Source of the DNA: a virus
Lineage: Duplodnaviria; Heunggongvirae; Uroviricota; Caudoviricetes
Reading direction: 5' to 3' (one strand)
DNA length: 64,000 nucleotides
IMG/VR virus record: IMGVR_UViG_3300006143_000275
Each line of letters begins with the position of its first letter. Position 1 is the stretch's first letter. This document shows positions 25,783 to 39,065 of this stretch, in pieces. The position numbers and the translations under genes are program-made. Under the pieces are notes generated by a model. It searched no databases. It saw nothing but the letters and a program-made list of their open reading frames with translations, and had not been told where the DNA came from.

Positions 25783-28700
25783 ATGGACGAAGATCTGAAG
25801 ATTGTATTGACGAGCGAACTGGAGGCCGACGAACAGGCTTCCGCACAACGAATTTCAGCGCAGCTTCCTAATATTGCGAAGATGATCAACTCGAAAAGCA
25901 CTATCAAGGTTGGCGTTTCTCTGGATAGCTCTAACATTCAGTCTGAAGCCCAAAAAGTAAGTCGGCAGATCGCTCAGGCAACGAAAACACAAGGTATCGG
26001 CGTTACGTTGAATTTGGATCAAAGCTCTGTTGCAAAAATCCGGCAAGAGCTAAACAACTTGAAGGTCAGTCCTGATATTTCTCGCGCCATGACCGACCAG
26101 CTGGATAAGATGGGCATTCAGATTGATCGGATTACTGGGCGGTGGCAAGCAGTCAACGGTGAAGAGGAGCGAATGCTGAACCTGACTATTCAGGGCACAG
26201 ATCAGATGCAGCGCACGGTCACTTATTTGCAGACCTACAACACTGAGACGGGCGAAATCAACACCCACTTGACCAATGTGACAGCCAATCTTGAACGCCA
26301 GCGGAATGTCCAGGAGCAAATTGCAAAGCAGGCGCAAAAGGATAATGAATCACGAGTTTCATACTTAAATCGGCAGTTGTCTATTTTGGCCGATGTCCAG
26401 GCTGCTTATGCTGGTTCCACCTCTGTAAAGCCGATCAAGGATAGTTCACATTTGGAAACGCTGAATAATACCTATACTGCTCTTAATGCTCAAATTCAGA
26501 ATATGATTTCTGCTGAGGGGCGTTTGGACAATGTGCAGCGTTCCAGCCTGGAGGCGCAGATTGCTAATCTGCAACGACTTGTAAAAGAGTATCAGAATGC
26601 GGAGTATGTAGCGACCAAGCTGAGGACAAAAGACATCGGTTCAATCAAGGGCGACCAGCTTTCCGGTTTGGAGGCTTTGGAAAAACGGCTGGAGGCTGCG
26701 GGAACGCTCACCGAGACATTTAAGACGAAAATCGACGGACTGAAGACCTCTTTGCAAAATGTTGGCACTAAAGATGAGCTTGTGACATTTCTTAACAGCT
26801 TTGACCAGCTGAATAACGATGTGTCTGTGTTTCAAGAGCGGCTACGTGGTGTCAATGCTATATACACTCAGTTGATTGGTTTGGATAAACAGATTACCTC
26901 TGTGCAAGCTCAAATGGTGAAGTTAGACCCCAAAGCCGATCAGAATAAGTTGGTTGCTTTGCAGGGGCAGCTTGCAGTCCTACAGAACCAGAGAACTACC
27001 TTGGAGGGACAACTGGTTCCTTATGTGGATATCGTTCAATACGCACAACAGGCGGCGGCTCTTGAACAGAGCCGCCTTTTGAATGGTTCTCAGCTGGTAT
27101 ATACCCAGATGGAAATTGCGGATAAGGCGAGAGAATACGATGCCGCTATGCAGCGCATTCCGAGCACTATCGCTGATTTGCAAACTAAATATAATCAGCT
27201 GGTGCAACCCACGGAGTCTGTTACTCGGAATATGAGACAGCTTCGGGAACTGGCGTCGCAATATAGCTCGAATATGGGCGATCGGGAAAAGGTTCAGACA
27301 TATGAACGGCTGCAACAACTAATTGGAGCGTGCAGCAAAGAGATGTCTGAGCTGATGCGTGTCCAACGTGGCGAGGTCAACGATTTTAGATTCACTCAAA
27401 GTCTGGAAAAGGCAAAAGCGGATTTGGCAACCGTTGGAAGAACGTGGAGTGCCTTAAAAAAAGATCCTGGATTGAACGCACAGTTCCAGCAGTTGGAAGC
27501 AAATCTCAGACGAGTAAACAGCCAGGCAGATTTGACTAAGTGGACAGCACAATTCAGTGCGTTTAAGTCTGAGGTTAAGGCGGCAGGGAAGAATATGCAA
27601 TCCCTTGGCGATGTTCTGAAGAACAATGTCGGTAAGGTATTGCAGTGGGTTTCAGCTACAACGCTACTGTTCAGAGCCTTTCGTTTGCTGAGGTCTGCGA
27701 TTTCAACGATTATCGACCTGGATACGGCTATGGTGGATTTGCGTAAGGTTACAGTGGCAACAGAGGCGGAGTATCGCAATTTCTACGCTACTGCAAACGA
27801 TACAGCAAAGGCACTTGGAGTAACGACAGAGGCGGTCATCTCTCAAACCGCTGAGTGGGCACGTTTGGGTTATACTATGGCCGAGGCCGCAGAGTTGTCT
27901 AAAAACTCTGCAATTTTTGCGGCAATTTCTCCTGGTATGGACATTACTCAGGCAACAGATGGTCTGGTCAGCGCCTTGAAAGCGTTTGATGAAATCGACG
28001 TAAACGATTCCTTGGACGGTATCATCTCTAAGGTTAATGATATTGGCAATAAATTTGCTGTTTCCAATAAGGATATCGTAGAGGTTATGACCAGAAGCTC
28101 TTCAGCAATGAAAGCGGCGAATAATACTTTTGAGGAAACTGTGGCTCTGGCTACTGCCGCTGTGGAGATTACAAGAGATGCCTCCAGTGTCGGTAATGCT
28201 CTGAAAACTGTGTCTATGCGTATTCGTGGGTATGACGAAGAACTTGAAGAGTATTCAAACGATGTCGCTGAATTGACAGGGGATATTGCGGATCTTACCA
28301 AAGTTGCCAGCAATAATAACCAAGGTGTTAGACTGTTTGAAGTTGGCGATCCCGATACTTACCGTTCCACATATGACATTCTTCAAGATATCGCAACAAT
28401 TTGGGATGAGCTGACAGATAAGAACAGGGCACAACTGCTGGAAGTTTTGTTCGGCAAACGGCAAGGCCAGATTGGTTCGGCTATTCTTTCCAATTTTGAG
28501 CAGGCTCAAAAAGCTATCGAAACAATGGAGAATAGTGCTGGTAGTGCAGAACGCGAAATGGATAAGATTACCCAGTCTTTGGAATACAAGCTCAATACTC
28601 TACAACAGACCTGGGTTGGCGTTGCCCAAAATCTATTTCAGACCGATGATTTGAAATTGGTTGTTGACGGCCTGATTGCTGTTTCTAACGTGATTGACCG

Positions 28701-31700
28701 TTTAACACAGTCTCTTGGTTTGTTTGGATCTGGTGCTCTTATCACAACCATTGCACTGATTGCAAAGTTCAGATCGACGATGGGGTCTTTACAAACTACA
28801 GTATTGCCTGCTGTAAATGCAATTAAGGCATCTGGGGTAGCTATGGATGGTAGTGCGGCAAGCGTACAATTCTATGCTACGAAACTGATAGGGCTGGACA
28901 AGTCTCAACAGGCAGCTGCTATGAGCGCACTTGGACTAACTGCGGAGCAGAAGAAACAGATCACAACGATGTCTGCTCTAATTGTTTCTGCCCAAAGATA
29001 TACAATCCAGGAGCTTGCCGAAAAAGCGTCTACGGATAAAGCGACCGCTTCAGCCCTTGCTAAAAATATGGCAAAGGCCACTGAAAAGAGAACAACGGAA
29101 CAGCTTTCTGCCGCAATGATGGTGGAAATTCTAAATTCCAACAAATTGACCGCTACCCAAAAGCAGGCGATTATTGCATCTTTGGAACAAGCTGCGGCAA
29201 ACGAAACCCAAGCATTTTCATGGAAAGTTGTCGGCGCAAATGCCAAGGCAGCGCTTGCAGCTATGGCGACTAATCCCATGACGTGGATTATGCTGGCGGT
29301 AACTGCGGTTATGGCATTGGTGCAGGCGTGGCAGAGCTATAAGCAGGCGCAAGAGGAAGCTCGTCAAGCGGCGATTGATGCTGCGAACTCGGCGGCTACA
29401 CTCAGCGATTAAATTGTGGATTTGACAGGTCGCTACTTGGAGTTGAGCGAAGCTGTTAAAACAGATGATTCTGTCAAGGAAGATTTGCTTTCTACCCAAG
29501 ACGAGCTTATTGACAAGCTCGGAATAGAAAAAGATCGAATCCAGGAGTTGACCGAAGAGTACGGGAACCTTACGGACGCAATTAAAGCAGCCGCGATAGA
29601 ATCTCTCCAAGCGTCTGAGCGCGATTTGCGTGGTGGTCTTAACGCTCAAAAAGATGAGCTTTTATCAACTGGGAAAGGCTCTGGCCCCGCCAACAAATCA
29701 ATGAACCACATAATTACAACATGGGGAGCAGATGAAGCGGATATTAACCGGAAAGGGTTGCAAGCTCTGGTTGACGCTGGATACATTTCGGATGGCTCAT
29801 TTGCTCCACGTGGTATGGAATTGTGGTTGCCCAGTGAGGATGATTTTGATCTTTCAACTGTTGAGGGAGTCATTAACGCCTATGAGCGGTTGGGTAAAAT
29901 GCTGGATATTGTGTCTGAAACTGCTGGTTCGGATAACGAAGTCTACAATGCCCTATTTGATGCCTACAACAAATGCTCATCCGCAGTAAAGAGTTATCAG
30001 GACAGTATTTCGTCGTTGAACAACAATTTGGCTGAACAGTATATGTTGCAAGGCTTGATTGAAAATGAGATCCCGTCTACGGAAGATGAGTTCAACGACT
30101 ATCGGCAGAGCGTGATAGCTGCGGCTGAGGAGAGCGGAGAATTTATTGGCTCAAGTCAAGATATTGCGAACGCTGTTGACTCTGTTCTGAAAAGCCAGTC
30201 GCATTTCGCGGCTTTCTATGCTGAGGATTTGGCTGGAGCCTCTGAGGAGACGGGTCGCTATATTGCACAGCTTCAAAAGTTGCCAGAGGTGCTTTCAAAA
30301 CTGAAATCAGCTTATGATGTTTTGGAGGCGGCTCAAAAAGAGATGGCAGACGGCGGAGGGTTGTCTGCTGATACTATTGAAAAGCTGGCTTCTGCTGAGG
30401 ACAATTATCTTGATTATCTCTATGAAGAAAATGGGGTTGTCAAGCTCAATACTGAGGCATGGAAAGAAAACGCCAATGTTAAAATGCAGAATGAGATGGC
30501 CGAAATCCAAAAGGAAATCGACTCGTTGGAAGAGCAAAATGAGGCTTTACGTGAGAATATTGCTTATTATGAGGAGCAACGTCAGCTTGGTAGTGATGGC
30601 GGTCTATGGAGTAATTTGATTGCTAAGGCAACAAATGAAATCAATGAGAATACCGACGCTATTGCTGCTAACCAAAATAAGCTGGCAATTTATGAGTCGT
30701 TGTATGGAAATATCACGGGAAGTCTGGATGCTTATAGTGCGGCACTAAACAACTTTTCCAACGTAGCAAGCACCATTGATTCTGTCTCCGATTCGTTCCA
30801 AACCCTTGCAGAACTGCAGGCTGAGGTTGCAAATGGGTTCTCGCTGTCATTGGACAAGGCTTTGGAGTTCGCTAAGGTTTATCCTGAAATTCTCAACAAT
30901 GCTCAAGTATCTGCTGATGGACAGGTTATTCTGAACGAGGGTGTTGTCAACTCGTTTATTCAAGGAAAAAAGGCCGAGTTGGACGCACAGATTGATGCAG
31001 AGGTTGCCAAGCTGGAAGCGGATAAGGCCGTGTTGGAAGCGAAGGTTCAAGCAGCGCAGGCACAACTTGATCTCGCCCAAAATGTAGGTGAGGGAGAGGG
31101 TCAGATTGCTAAAGAGCTGGCGGAGTATCGTATCAACGCTGGCAATATTGTAGCACAAGCTCTGATTGACGCAGGGATTGATGAAGCTACTGCATTTAAG
31201 CTGGCGGCGGCAGCTATGGCCCAGAACGCAGAAGAGTTTGATCGTGTTGCTATGGAGGTCTGCACTGATGTAAACGGTAACTTTAATCAGGCCGCATATG
31301 CGGCAGCACAGGCTGTTTACAACAACATGACACAGGCGAAGCTGGATGTTGCTTCTTTTGCGAGACAATGCCAAGAAGCTGCTAAGGCTATGGCTGGAGT
31401 CGCTGGTGGTCAGGTTGCTGGATCAAGCGGTGTTCAGGGTGGCTCTGGTGGTGGTGTTGGCGGTAGTGGGATTTCTCTAAATCTAACAAGTGGGAGTTTC
31501 CAAGGTACTGATTATAACTATACTGCCAAGCAAACAAATCTGGACGATTTTATTTCGCAGATTCAGCTTGATATCTCCAGCTACCAGAATGCGATTGCTC
31601 AGATTGATGGACAAATTGCCGCGCTTCGTGCGTTGAAAAATATCCCCTTGAAAGATTTTAAGGGTGGATTAGGCTCTGGTGGCGGTGGAGGCTCAGGTGG

Positions 31701-34002
31701 TGGATCTTCTAAGGAAGTTGAAGAGTATATTGCTGACATTGACGCATACCGTGAAGCAATCGAGCGTCTGCGCAAGGCTCAAGAAGTCAGATCTAATATT
31801 GAGACGAGAATCGACGAGTCTGATAATCTGAAAGAGAAGATCCTATTGGAACGACAGTTGATTGGCGCTTACGAGCGTGAACAAGATGCTCTACACAATC
31901 TAAACAACCAGAGGGATAGCACAATCACAGCTGGCGTTGCAGCGCTCCGTGAGTTGGGCTTTGTTGTGAAGTACAATGCAGATACCAATGAACTCTGGAT
32001 TGAGAATATGGAGCGTCTCAATGATCTGACAGCCGACAGCAAGGGAGAATACGATACCTTGCAAGAGGCGACAAACGCTCTTCGCAAGGAAACGGAAGAT
32101 TTAATCGGTTCGCTGACCGATCTAAACGAAGAAAATCGGGATGCTTCTGCTAACTGGTGGGAGTTGCAGCACAGTATGAAAGATTCCCGTGAAGAGATTC
32201 TTTCTTTGCTTGACGCTATTGTGGAAGAGGCATCTAAGGCGGTTGATTCTATCCAAGACGTTTACGACACCCTACATGATGCCGCCGATGAGTATGCGGA
32301 AAGTGGATACATTACAGTTGATACTTTGCAGAACATTATCGGATTAGGTGTGAAGTATGTGGCGTATCTTATGGATGAAAACGGCCAGCTGGTCATCAAT
32401 GAGGAGCGCATTCGTGATGTGATTGCGGCAAAGACACAGCAACTTGCAATCGAGAGTTCTTTGTCTTACATTGAGGCTTTGCGTATCGCGAAAATGGAGG
32501 GGAATATCGAAACCCTTAACAATTTGCTGTATGCTACCGAGGAAGCGACTGACGCTACATGGGGCTTCGTGTATGCAAGTTTGGCTATGGCAGGGCTGGA
32601 TCAAGATCAGTATAAAGCAGCGCTGGACAACATCAATGCTATTCGTGCATTGGCTGACAGCGCTGTACAAAGCATTGGGCAAACTGCTGGCGGCGTGACT
32701 GACGAGCTGAAAAAGATGCAGTCTGGGCTTGACGATATCTTAAAGTACGTTATGGATATGTTGAAACAACGAATCAACGATCAGATTGACGCACTGGAAG
32801 ATATGAAAGACGCTTACTCTGAAATCATCGACCAGAAAAAAGAGTCGCTGGATGCTACGAAGGATGAGGCCGACTACGAAAAAAAGCGTGCTAACAAGCT
32901 GAAAGAAATTGCTAAATTACAAGCTCGTATTGATGCGCTTAGTTTGGATGACAGTCGAGAGGCGCAGGCGGAACGGGCCAAGCTATTGGAGGAGATGGCT
33001 GAGTTACAGGAAGACTTGGCAGACGAACAGGCAGATAAGGCTTTAGATGCTACCAAAAACGCTTTGGATGATATGGAAGACGCCTATCATCAAGAAAAGG
33101 ATAAAGAAATTGCAATTCTGGAAGATAGCATTTCCTCTTATCAAAAACTTTATGACATGGCGATCGACTATATTCAGAACCACTGGGATACACTGTATTC
33201 CGAACTGATTGATTGGAACACGCAATATGGAAGTGTGCTGAACAGTGAGATAACTACTGCGTGGGATAACGCTCTGGCAGCGGCACAACGGTATGGGAGC
33301 TATGTGTCTGCCCTCAAAAATATTGGTGCTGATATGGATGCTGCGGGTGCTACAGGTAAAGAGCCGAACACCGTTGTTGGAAATACGAATTATGGCAACC
33401 AGTCTTCAAATGATGAAATGATTCATGCCATTATTAAGCAAATGTACGCAAATAGCCAGGAGCATCATACGGCCAGTGACGCTCGCAAGAAAGAACTAAG
33501 CGATTATAGCTTGCGGCTTGGTGAACAACTGGCGCAGTACGGTGTCTACACTCATCGGGACAATGGAACCTGGTATATGGATGGGTCGAAAGAGCTTCTG
33601 TTCGATAAATATAAGAAGTACATTTACCATACGGGTGGTTTTGCTGGCGTGGATGGATCAGTCAAAGACAATGAGATTATGGCAAAATTGGAAAAAGGCG
33701 AACCGGTATTGACAGAAGCGATGTGGAATACAGTAACTGAGATGGTGAATCGAATGAGTAAGCTGTCCGCCGCATTTAGCGATATGCCTGGGTATGTTAA
33801 TGCTCCTATTTTGCCCGAGTTGTCAAAGGTCAGCGCTGGTGCTGTGAGCAATGTGTATAACAATAGTTCTCAGCCTGTGGAAATTCATATTGGCGATACC
33901 ATTATTCAAGGCAACGCAAGTCCTGAAACGGTGAACGGTCATGTCAAAGTTACTCGTGATATGGTCAACCAAATTGCACGGATTCTGAAAATCAGGATCT
34001 AA
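25783..34002 (+). pseudogene. Tape measure protein (~2,739 codons) interrupted by one in-frame TAA at 29410-29412
   Basis: ORFs 25783-29412 and 29416-34002 share a frame; TP901-type core DLDTAMVDLRKVT and C-terminal HTGG...KLEKGE motif; no RBS before 29416. Confidence 0.85.
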
Positions 34003-34010
34003 ATTAGTCA

Positions 34011-34040
34011 GGGTGGGGAGATTTTCTTCCCACCCATTTT
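34011..34040 (+). terminator. Terminator-like hairpin after TMP
   Basis: GGGTGGG...CCCACCC then ATTTT. Confidence 0.55.
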
Positions 34041-34120
34041 AGGCTGACGAAGCCGCCCAGACGGTGACATGTCTGGTATGCCCGCCTGTCAAGTGGGTTT
34101 GATGAGAGGAGGTGTGGCGG

Positions 34121-34906
34121 GTGTATAGAACCTATGAGTTTACTTTTGCAGATACTCCGGCTTCATTGTATGGAATGTTTGTTGCTGATATCGGTAGCAA
34201 CAAACATAATAACAACGATTTTGGGAATCAGGCTAACATCGTAGAGACAAGAATTGCGAATCGGATTACTCCGCTGCATTTTGGTGTACGGTATCACGAC
34301 CAGCCTTTGAGCTTTACACTTATTTTTGGAAGTGAGCAGTACATGGATCGCTACCAGTTGCAAGAGGTTTCAAATTGGCTGACTGGATATCAGGAGTATC
34401 AATGGCTTTCTATTGATCAGCCAGATATGGAGCATATTCAGTTTCGGTGTCTGATTCAAAAGCTAACACCAATCAGCGTGGGGTGGCTACCAATCGCTTT
34501 TGAGGCACAGGTACTGTGTGATTGCCCGTATGGATACAGTTATCCGTTTGAGGAACGTATTCAAATTAACGGTACAACAGAATATCGTTTCTATAATGAC
34601 AGCACAATCAAAGAGAATTTGAAGCCAGATTTGAAAATTGAATTGGCGGCTGGTTGTACAAATTTTGCAATCACAAACAAGACTACAAAGCAGACACTCC
34701 GTTTGTCAGGTCTTCCAGCTGGCGGGTTGCAAATTCTTATCGACAATGAAAATGAAGTCATGGTGGAAAAAACTGATGGCTATGACTTGTACAGCTTTTT
34801 CAATTTTCAATTCTTTGAGGTAGCATCGGGAGATAATGAATTGATTTTCGATGGAAGCGGGACTGTTACAATCAGCGGACGCTATTTGTATAATGTTGGA
34901 GCATAA
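34121..34906 (+). CDS. Distal tail protein (Dit)
   Basis: Follows TMP; PYGYS and GDNELIF motifs. Confidence 0.75.
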   Translation: MYRTYEFTFADTPASLYGMFVADIGSNKHNNNDFGNQANIVETRIANRITPLHFGVRYHDQPLSFTLIFGSEQYMDRYQLQEVSNWLTGYQEYQWLSIDQPDMEHIQFRCLIQKLTPISVGWLPIAFEAQVLCDCPYGYSYPFEERIQINGTTEYRFYNDSTIKENLKPDLKIELAAGCTNFAITNKTTKQTLRLSGLPAGGLQILIDNENEVMVEKTDGYDLYSFFNFQFFEVASGDNELIFDGSGTVTISGRYLYNVGA

Positions 34907-34924
34907 CAAGAGAGGAGGTCAGAG

Positions 34925-37900
34925 ATGTATCTAAACTATGCCAAAATTAAAAGTGGACAGAGAAAACAGCCTATGCTTCGGCTTCGCACTCTGGCCGGAA
35001 AAGAGCTTGGCCCAATTCCATATGTACATGATTTGAATTTTGCAATCAACTATGCAGAGTTGAGCACGATTTCATTTACAATCCCGTATCAAGTAAATGG
35101 AATGCTCAACCCCCTTTATGCCGCTGTTTCAAGTTTCAAGGTGGTTTATACAGAGGAGTTTGGCATCTATGTGTTGACTTCTCCCAGTAAAGAGGGCAAT
35201 GGCGTGTCAGAAATAAAGACCGTTACAGGATATTCTTTGGAATATCTTTTCCAGAAGAAAAACCTATTTTTAGAAGAAGGTACTTATAATTTCTGGAATC
35301 CAGTCAATTCAGCAGATACGATTTTGGGTCGTATTTTAGAATTGGATCGGACATGGCACGTGGGCTATGTGGCCCCAAGGCTGATTGGGTGCTACCGCAC
35401 ATTTGACCAGTATGATAGTGATGCTCTGGGTTTTTGTTACGAAGACGCCATGGAAAAGTATCGCTGTGTCATTGTGTTTGATGTGTACGATAAGAGTATC
35501 AATGTATATGATGCCAACGAAAATCCGGAAACCCTACCCATCTATTTGAATTATAACAATCTGGTCGATGCAGTTAGTGTTGAGGAAATCCCAGAGGAGA
35601 TGGTAACAAAGCTACATCTCTATGGTTCGGATGGTCTGTCGGTGCGGGATGTAAACCCCACAGGGACAGACTACCTTGTGGACTTGAGCTATTTTCTCTA
35701 TAATGGGGATCTGGACATCAAAGTAGGGAACAGCAATACCACATTGGCAGACCGCGTGCGGGGATGGCAGCTGGAAATTGCGGAGAACCAGCAGTATTAT
35801 ACTGGGCTGGCTGCGTCACGGGCTTCTTTGACAGCACAGAAATTGATGGCCGAGTCCGATCTTGTAGAATTGAACGGTGAGATGGAGAGTCTGGTAGCAC
35901 AGCAAAGTGTAACTATTCAGGCGTTTTCCCTAGAAACCACTGCAAGAGGACAGCAAACACAACAGGCAAACTTGGATCGTATCAATTCTCAGATTGCCGC
36001 AAAACAGAATGAGATCGACACACAACAGGCCAAAATCAACTCTCTACAAGTTGAAATTGACAGCTACATGAATGATATCAAACGGCTTACTGGACGATTG
36101 GAATTTTCATCATACTTCACACAGGAGGAACAGAAAATCCTCAACCAGTATTTTATTGAAAGCACCGTAGAGGAGGAAACATTTGTTGCTACGGATGTGG
36201 ACACTTCTGCGGCAGGTGCAATTTCTAAGGTAAGCGGCACTGTGTCCATAAATGCTTCAAATATCGCACGAGTGGAACTGAGCCAGTTTGCAAAAACAAT
36301 GTACACTTTGGCCGGCGGTACTGTTACGGTTGGAAACGCTGGTGTCTCCGCTGAAATCGTGCGGGGCACTTTGGATGTAAAGGGTGACAGCAGCTATGTA
36401 TTGACGGCCTATCTGGGAAATACGAACTACAACAATCGGAAATTTAGCAGTGGACTTTTGACCATCGCTGGCAGGTTATCACGGTTTTCCAGTGATATTT
36501 CTGTGAGGACGGAGCAAGGAATTACAGAATATAAAGGAACAAGACTGAGCTTCAGTACAAGCAATGCTGATTCATATTTTACAGTAAATGTGAGTGAGTT
36601 TCAACAATATTCTGTTGCAATGGAGCTATACGACTTTGGTACGGATGTTCTTTCCGATTACGCATGGCCTGTGTATGAGTTTAGCGTAGATAGCGCCAAT
36701 TTCCTTTACCACGAGAAATTTGAACCGTTCAAAAATAGGCTGGAACTTGGCAAGGCGGTCTATTTAGAATTGGGCAGTGAGGGATTGGTTAAGCCAAAGA
36801 TTATCGGTTTTGAGCTGAACTTTGAGAAAATCAATGAGTTCAAGCTGGTGTTTTCTAACCGCTACCGTTTGCGGAATGGGGCGGAGAGTTGGACAGAGGA
36901 TATCAGAAACTCCACTCGTTCAAGCCGAAGTTTTGACGCCAGCAAGTATATCTATAACCGTACTGCTGACAAAGCAACCGAGATCGACATTTTTATGAAC
37001 GATTTGCAAAAAGGTGCTGTTGACGCAGTGCTTTCAGCGAAAAACCAAACGGTTGTCTTTAACGGTTCAGGCATTCATGTTGGTGGTGATTCCAAATATC
37101 AGATGCGGATCATCGACAATATGATTGCCATGACAGATGACGGCTGGAAAACAGCAAAATTGGCGATTGGACGCTTTGCGTCTCCCGAAACCGGAGTGCA
37201 GTGGGGTGTTAACGCGGAACTAATTGCTGGTAAGCTGATTATCGGCAATAACCTTGTACTTCAAAATCCGTTGATTGACGAAAATGGAAACGTGACTGGC
37301 ACCATGATGTTTCAAGTGGATAGCACCGGAGCATGGCTGTATAATTCACGGATTGTTTTGCAGAGCAACAACGGACTTATCATCGTAGATCCCGATTATG
37401 GTATTGTGGCTGGTACAAAGCTCCTGTTCAATACAAATGGTACTACTGTGACACCTGAATTTCTGGACAAGGCCGGCAGTATTACCTATGACTCTGAGGG
37501 AATGCCGGCAAATGCGAACTTCTATTTGGATGTAAATACTGGCAATGCCTACTTCCGTGGAAAACTGATCGCCAAGAGCGGTACGATTGGCGGATTTACG
37601 ATTGCTGACAGCTACCTTTATTCTGGGTCAGGCAATACACGTGTAGCTATCAACGGAGGAACAAGCTATTACTCAGAATACGCTTTGTGGGCGGGCGCAA
37701 GTAATCCTTCTATCGCTCCGTTTTGGGTTAAGAAAAACGGTGATTTTCACGCTAAGAACGGTGATTTCAGCGGAACATTGAGCGCTGCAAAGCTCAGTGG
37801 GTCGTTGACAGCTCTTGCTGGTGCAGAAATTATCGGCCCAGCTATTTATGTTCCGAATAAATCTAACCCGAAATTTAAGGTGGATTCTGCTGGCAATGTT

Positions 37901-38404
37901 AGTATGACTGGAAATCTGACATTGAGTAATGGTGCAATTAAGTGGAGCAATCTAAATTATAGCTTGCAAAACACAATTAACGGCGCATATGATGCCGCTG
38001 CTGATGCCGCTGAGGATGCTGCAGCCGCCGCAAGAGATGCTTCTGACGCTGAAAAACTGGCAAGAAAAATTGCTAATGGTGAGTTCAACAACGGAACATT
38101 TATCAATGGAACTGAGATCTACAGCCCAACGATTTACGCAGATGAGTTTATTGTTAAACCTAAAAATGCCGCTGGGTATAGTAAATGGACTGGCGGATAC
38201 AGTATGTATGGTTATTTTGGGAACTATCTCTACAAGATGCTTTCAATTTCTTACATTGACACTGGCTTCGGGCCGGAAGTTGAGTTCTGGAGTCCAGATG
38301 GTGCATATGCTTACTGGGCTTTTCCACGAACTACTTTTTCTGGGTATTTGAATTTCCAAAACGCCCATATTGAAGGACTCTCATTAGAGGCAACATTCGG
38401 ATAA
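34925..38404 (+). CDS. Tail-associated hub/spike protein (Tal/endopeptidase-tail type)
   Basis: Follows Dit; VTKLHLYGSDGL motif, coiled coil and beta-rich C-terminus. Confidence 0.75.
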   Translation: MYLNYAKIKSGQRKQPMLRLRTLAGKELGPIPYVHDLNFAINYAELSTISFTIPYQVNGMLNPLYAAVSSFKVVYTEEFGIYVLTSPSKEGNGVSEIKTVTGYSLEYLFQKKNLFLEEGTYNFWNPVNSADTILGRILELDRTWHVGYVAPRLIGCYRTFDQYDSDALGFCYEDAMEKYRCVIVFDVYDKSINVYDANENPETLPIYLNYNNLVDAVSVEEIPEEMVTKLHLYGSDGLSVRDVNPTGTDYLVDLSYFLYNGDLDIKVGNSNTTLADRVRGWQLEIAENQQYYTGLAASRASLTAQKLMAESDLVELNGEMESLVAQQSVTIQAFSLETTARGQQTQQANLDRINSQIAAKQNEIDTQQAKINSLQVEIDSYMNDIKRLTGRLEFSSYFTQEEQKILNQYFIESTVEEETFVATDVDTSAAGAISKVSGTVSINASNIARVELSQFAKTMYTLAGGTVTVGNAGVSAEIVRGTLDVKGDSSYVLTAYLGNTNYNNRKFSSGLLTIAGRLSRFSSDISVRTEQGITEYKGTRLSFSTSNADSYFTVNVSEFQQYSVAMELYDFGTDVLSDYAWPVYEFSVDSANFLYHEKFEPFKNRLELGKAVYLELGSEGLVKPKIIGFELNFEKINEFKLVFSNRYRLRNGAESWTEDIRNSTRSSRSFDASKYIYNRTADKATEIDIFMNDLQKGAVDAVLSAKNQTVVFNGSGIHVGGDSKYQMRIIDNMIAMTDDGWKTAKLAIGRFASPETGVQWGVNAELIAGKLIIGNNLVLQNPLIDENGNVTGTMMFQVDSTGAWLYNSRIVLQSNNGLIIVDPDYGIVAGTKLLFNTNGTTVTPEFLDKAGSITYDSEGMPANANFYLDVNTGNAYFRGKLIAKSGTIGGFTIADSYLYSGSGNTRVAINGGTSYYSEYALWAGASNPSIAPFWVKKNGDFHAKNGDFSGTLSAAKLSGSLTALAGAEIIGPAIYVPNKSNPKFKVDSAGNVSMTGNLTLSNGAIKWSNLNYSLQNTINGAYDAAADAAEDAAAAARDASDAEKLARKIANGEFNNGTFINGTEIYSPTIYADEFIVKPKNAAGYSKWTGGYSMYGYFGNYLYKMLSISYIDTGFGPEVEFWSPDGAYAYWAFPRTTFSGYLNFQNAHIEGLSLEATFG

Positions 38405-38418
38405 GGCAGGTGAGTTAA

Positions 38419-39057
38419 TTGGCTTCATTTACTGTATCTTGCACCGACACCACTGTTACGATGCGAGTGTCTGGGTTGAAAAGTGGGCAAAAAGTTCGGT
38501 TTTATGTAAGAATAGATCCTGGAAGTACAGTCTATGTAGACCGAACATATACTGCTACTTCGTCTTCGCTTTCCAGGTCGTTTAGTGGTTTGAAGCCAAG
38601 CACCGACTATGCTTGCAATGTCAAATTGGACGATACAACATGGATTGGCACAAGATACTTTACCACGGATAGTCCAGAGATAAAGGTTGAGCCATGGTCT
38701 TGGTCAAGATCGAATGGAGACGCCTCAGCTTCGCAAACAAGCGCCGCTTACTCTGCCGTTAGAAATAAGGGCAAAGTAAGCGGTTTTTCATATCTTGTAT
38801 GGAACGATATGGTGAATAAGGTTAAAGAAATCCTTGATGCCAAAGGTCTTTCTTGGAACAACAGATTCGCTTCATATGCAGGTACATTGATGAGTTCTGG
38901 AAGTAGGACTTTAACCGCAACAAAATTCAATTCGCTTCGATACAATATAGGACTACATTATTCAACAGGAATTGACACTGTTTTTCGTGGTGATACCGTG
39001 TACGGCTGGTATTTTACTACTTTGACAAGCTGCATGAATTACTGGCTTAACGACTAA
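38419..39057 (+). CDS. Virion protein with FN3-like N-terminus
   Basis: FSGLKPSTDY motif typical of FN3 domains. Confidence 0.55.
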   Translation: MASFTVSCTDTTVTMRVSGLKSGQKVRFYVRIDPGSTVYVDRTYTATSSSLSRSFSGLKPSTDYACNVKLDDTTWIGTRYFTTDSPEIKVEPWSWSRSNGDASASQTSAAYSAVRNKGKVSGFSYLVWNDMVNKVKEILDAKGLSWNNRFASYAGTLMSSGSRTLTATKFNSLRYNIGLHYSTGIDTVFRGDTVYGWYFTTLTSCMNYWLND

Positions 39058-39065
39058 GGAGGGTA

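Noticed and set aside
31420-31710. Gly/Ser-rich GGT/GGC repeats in the TMP
   Set aside because: Ordinary flexible linkers, common in tape measure proteins
25783-34002. Genome-wide TAA reassignment (alternative genetic code)
   Set aside because: TAA ends many genes normally (terL, portal, capsid, RT); only one long gene is interrupted
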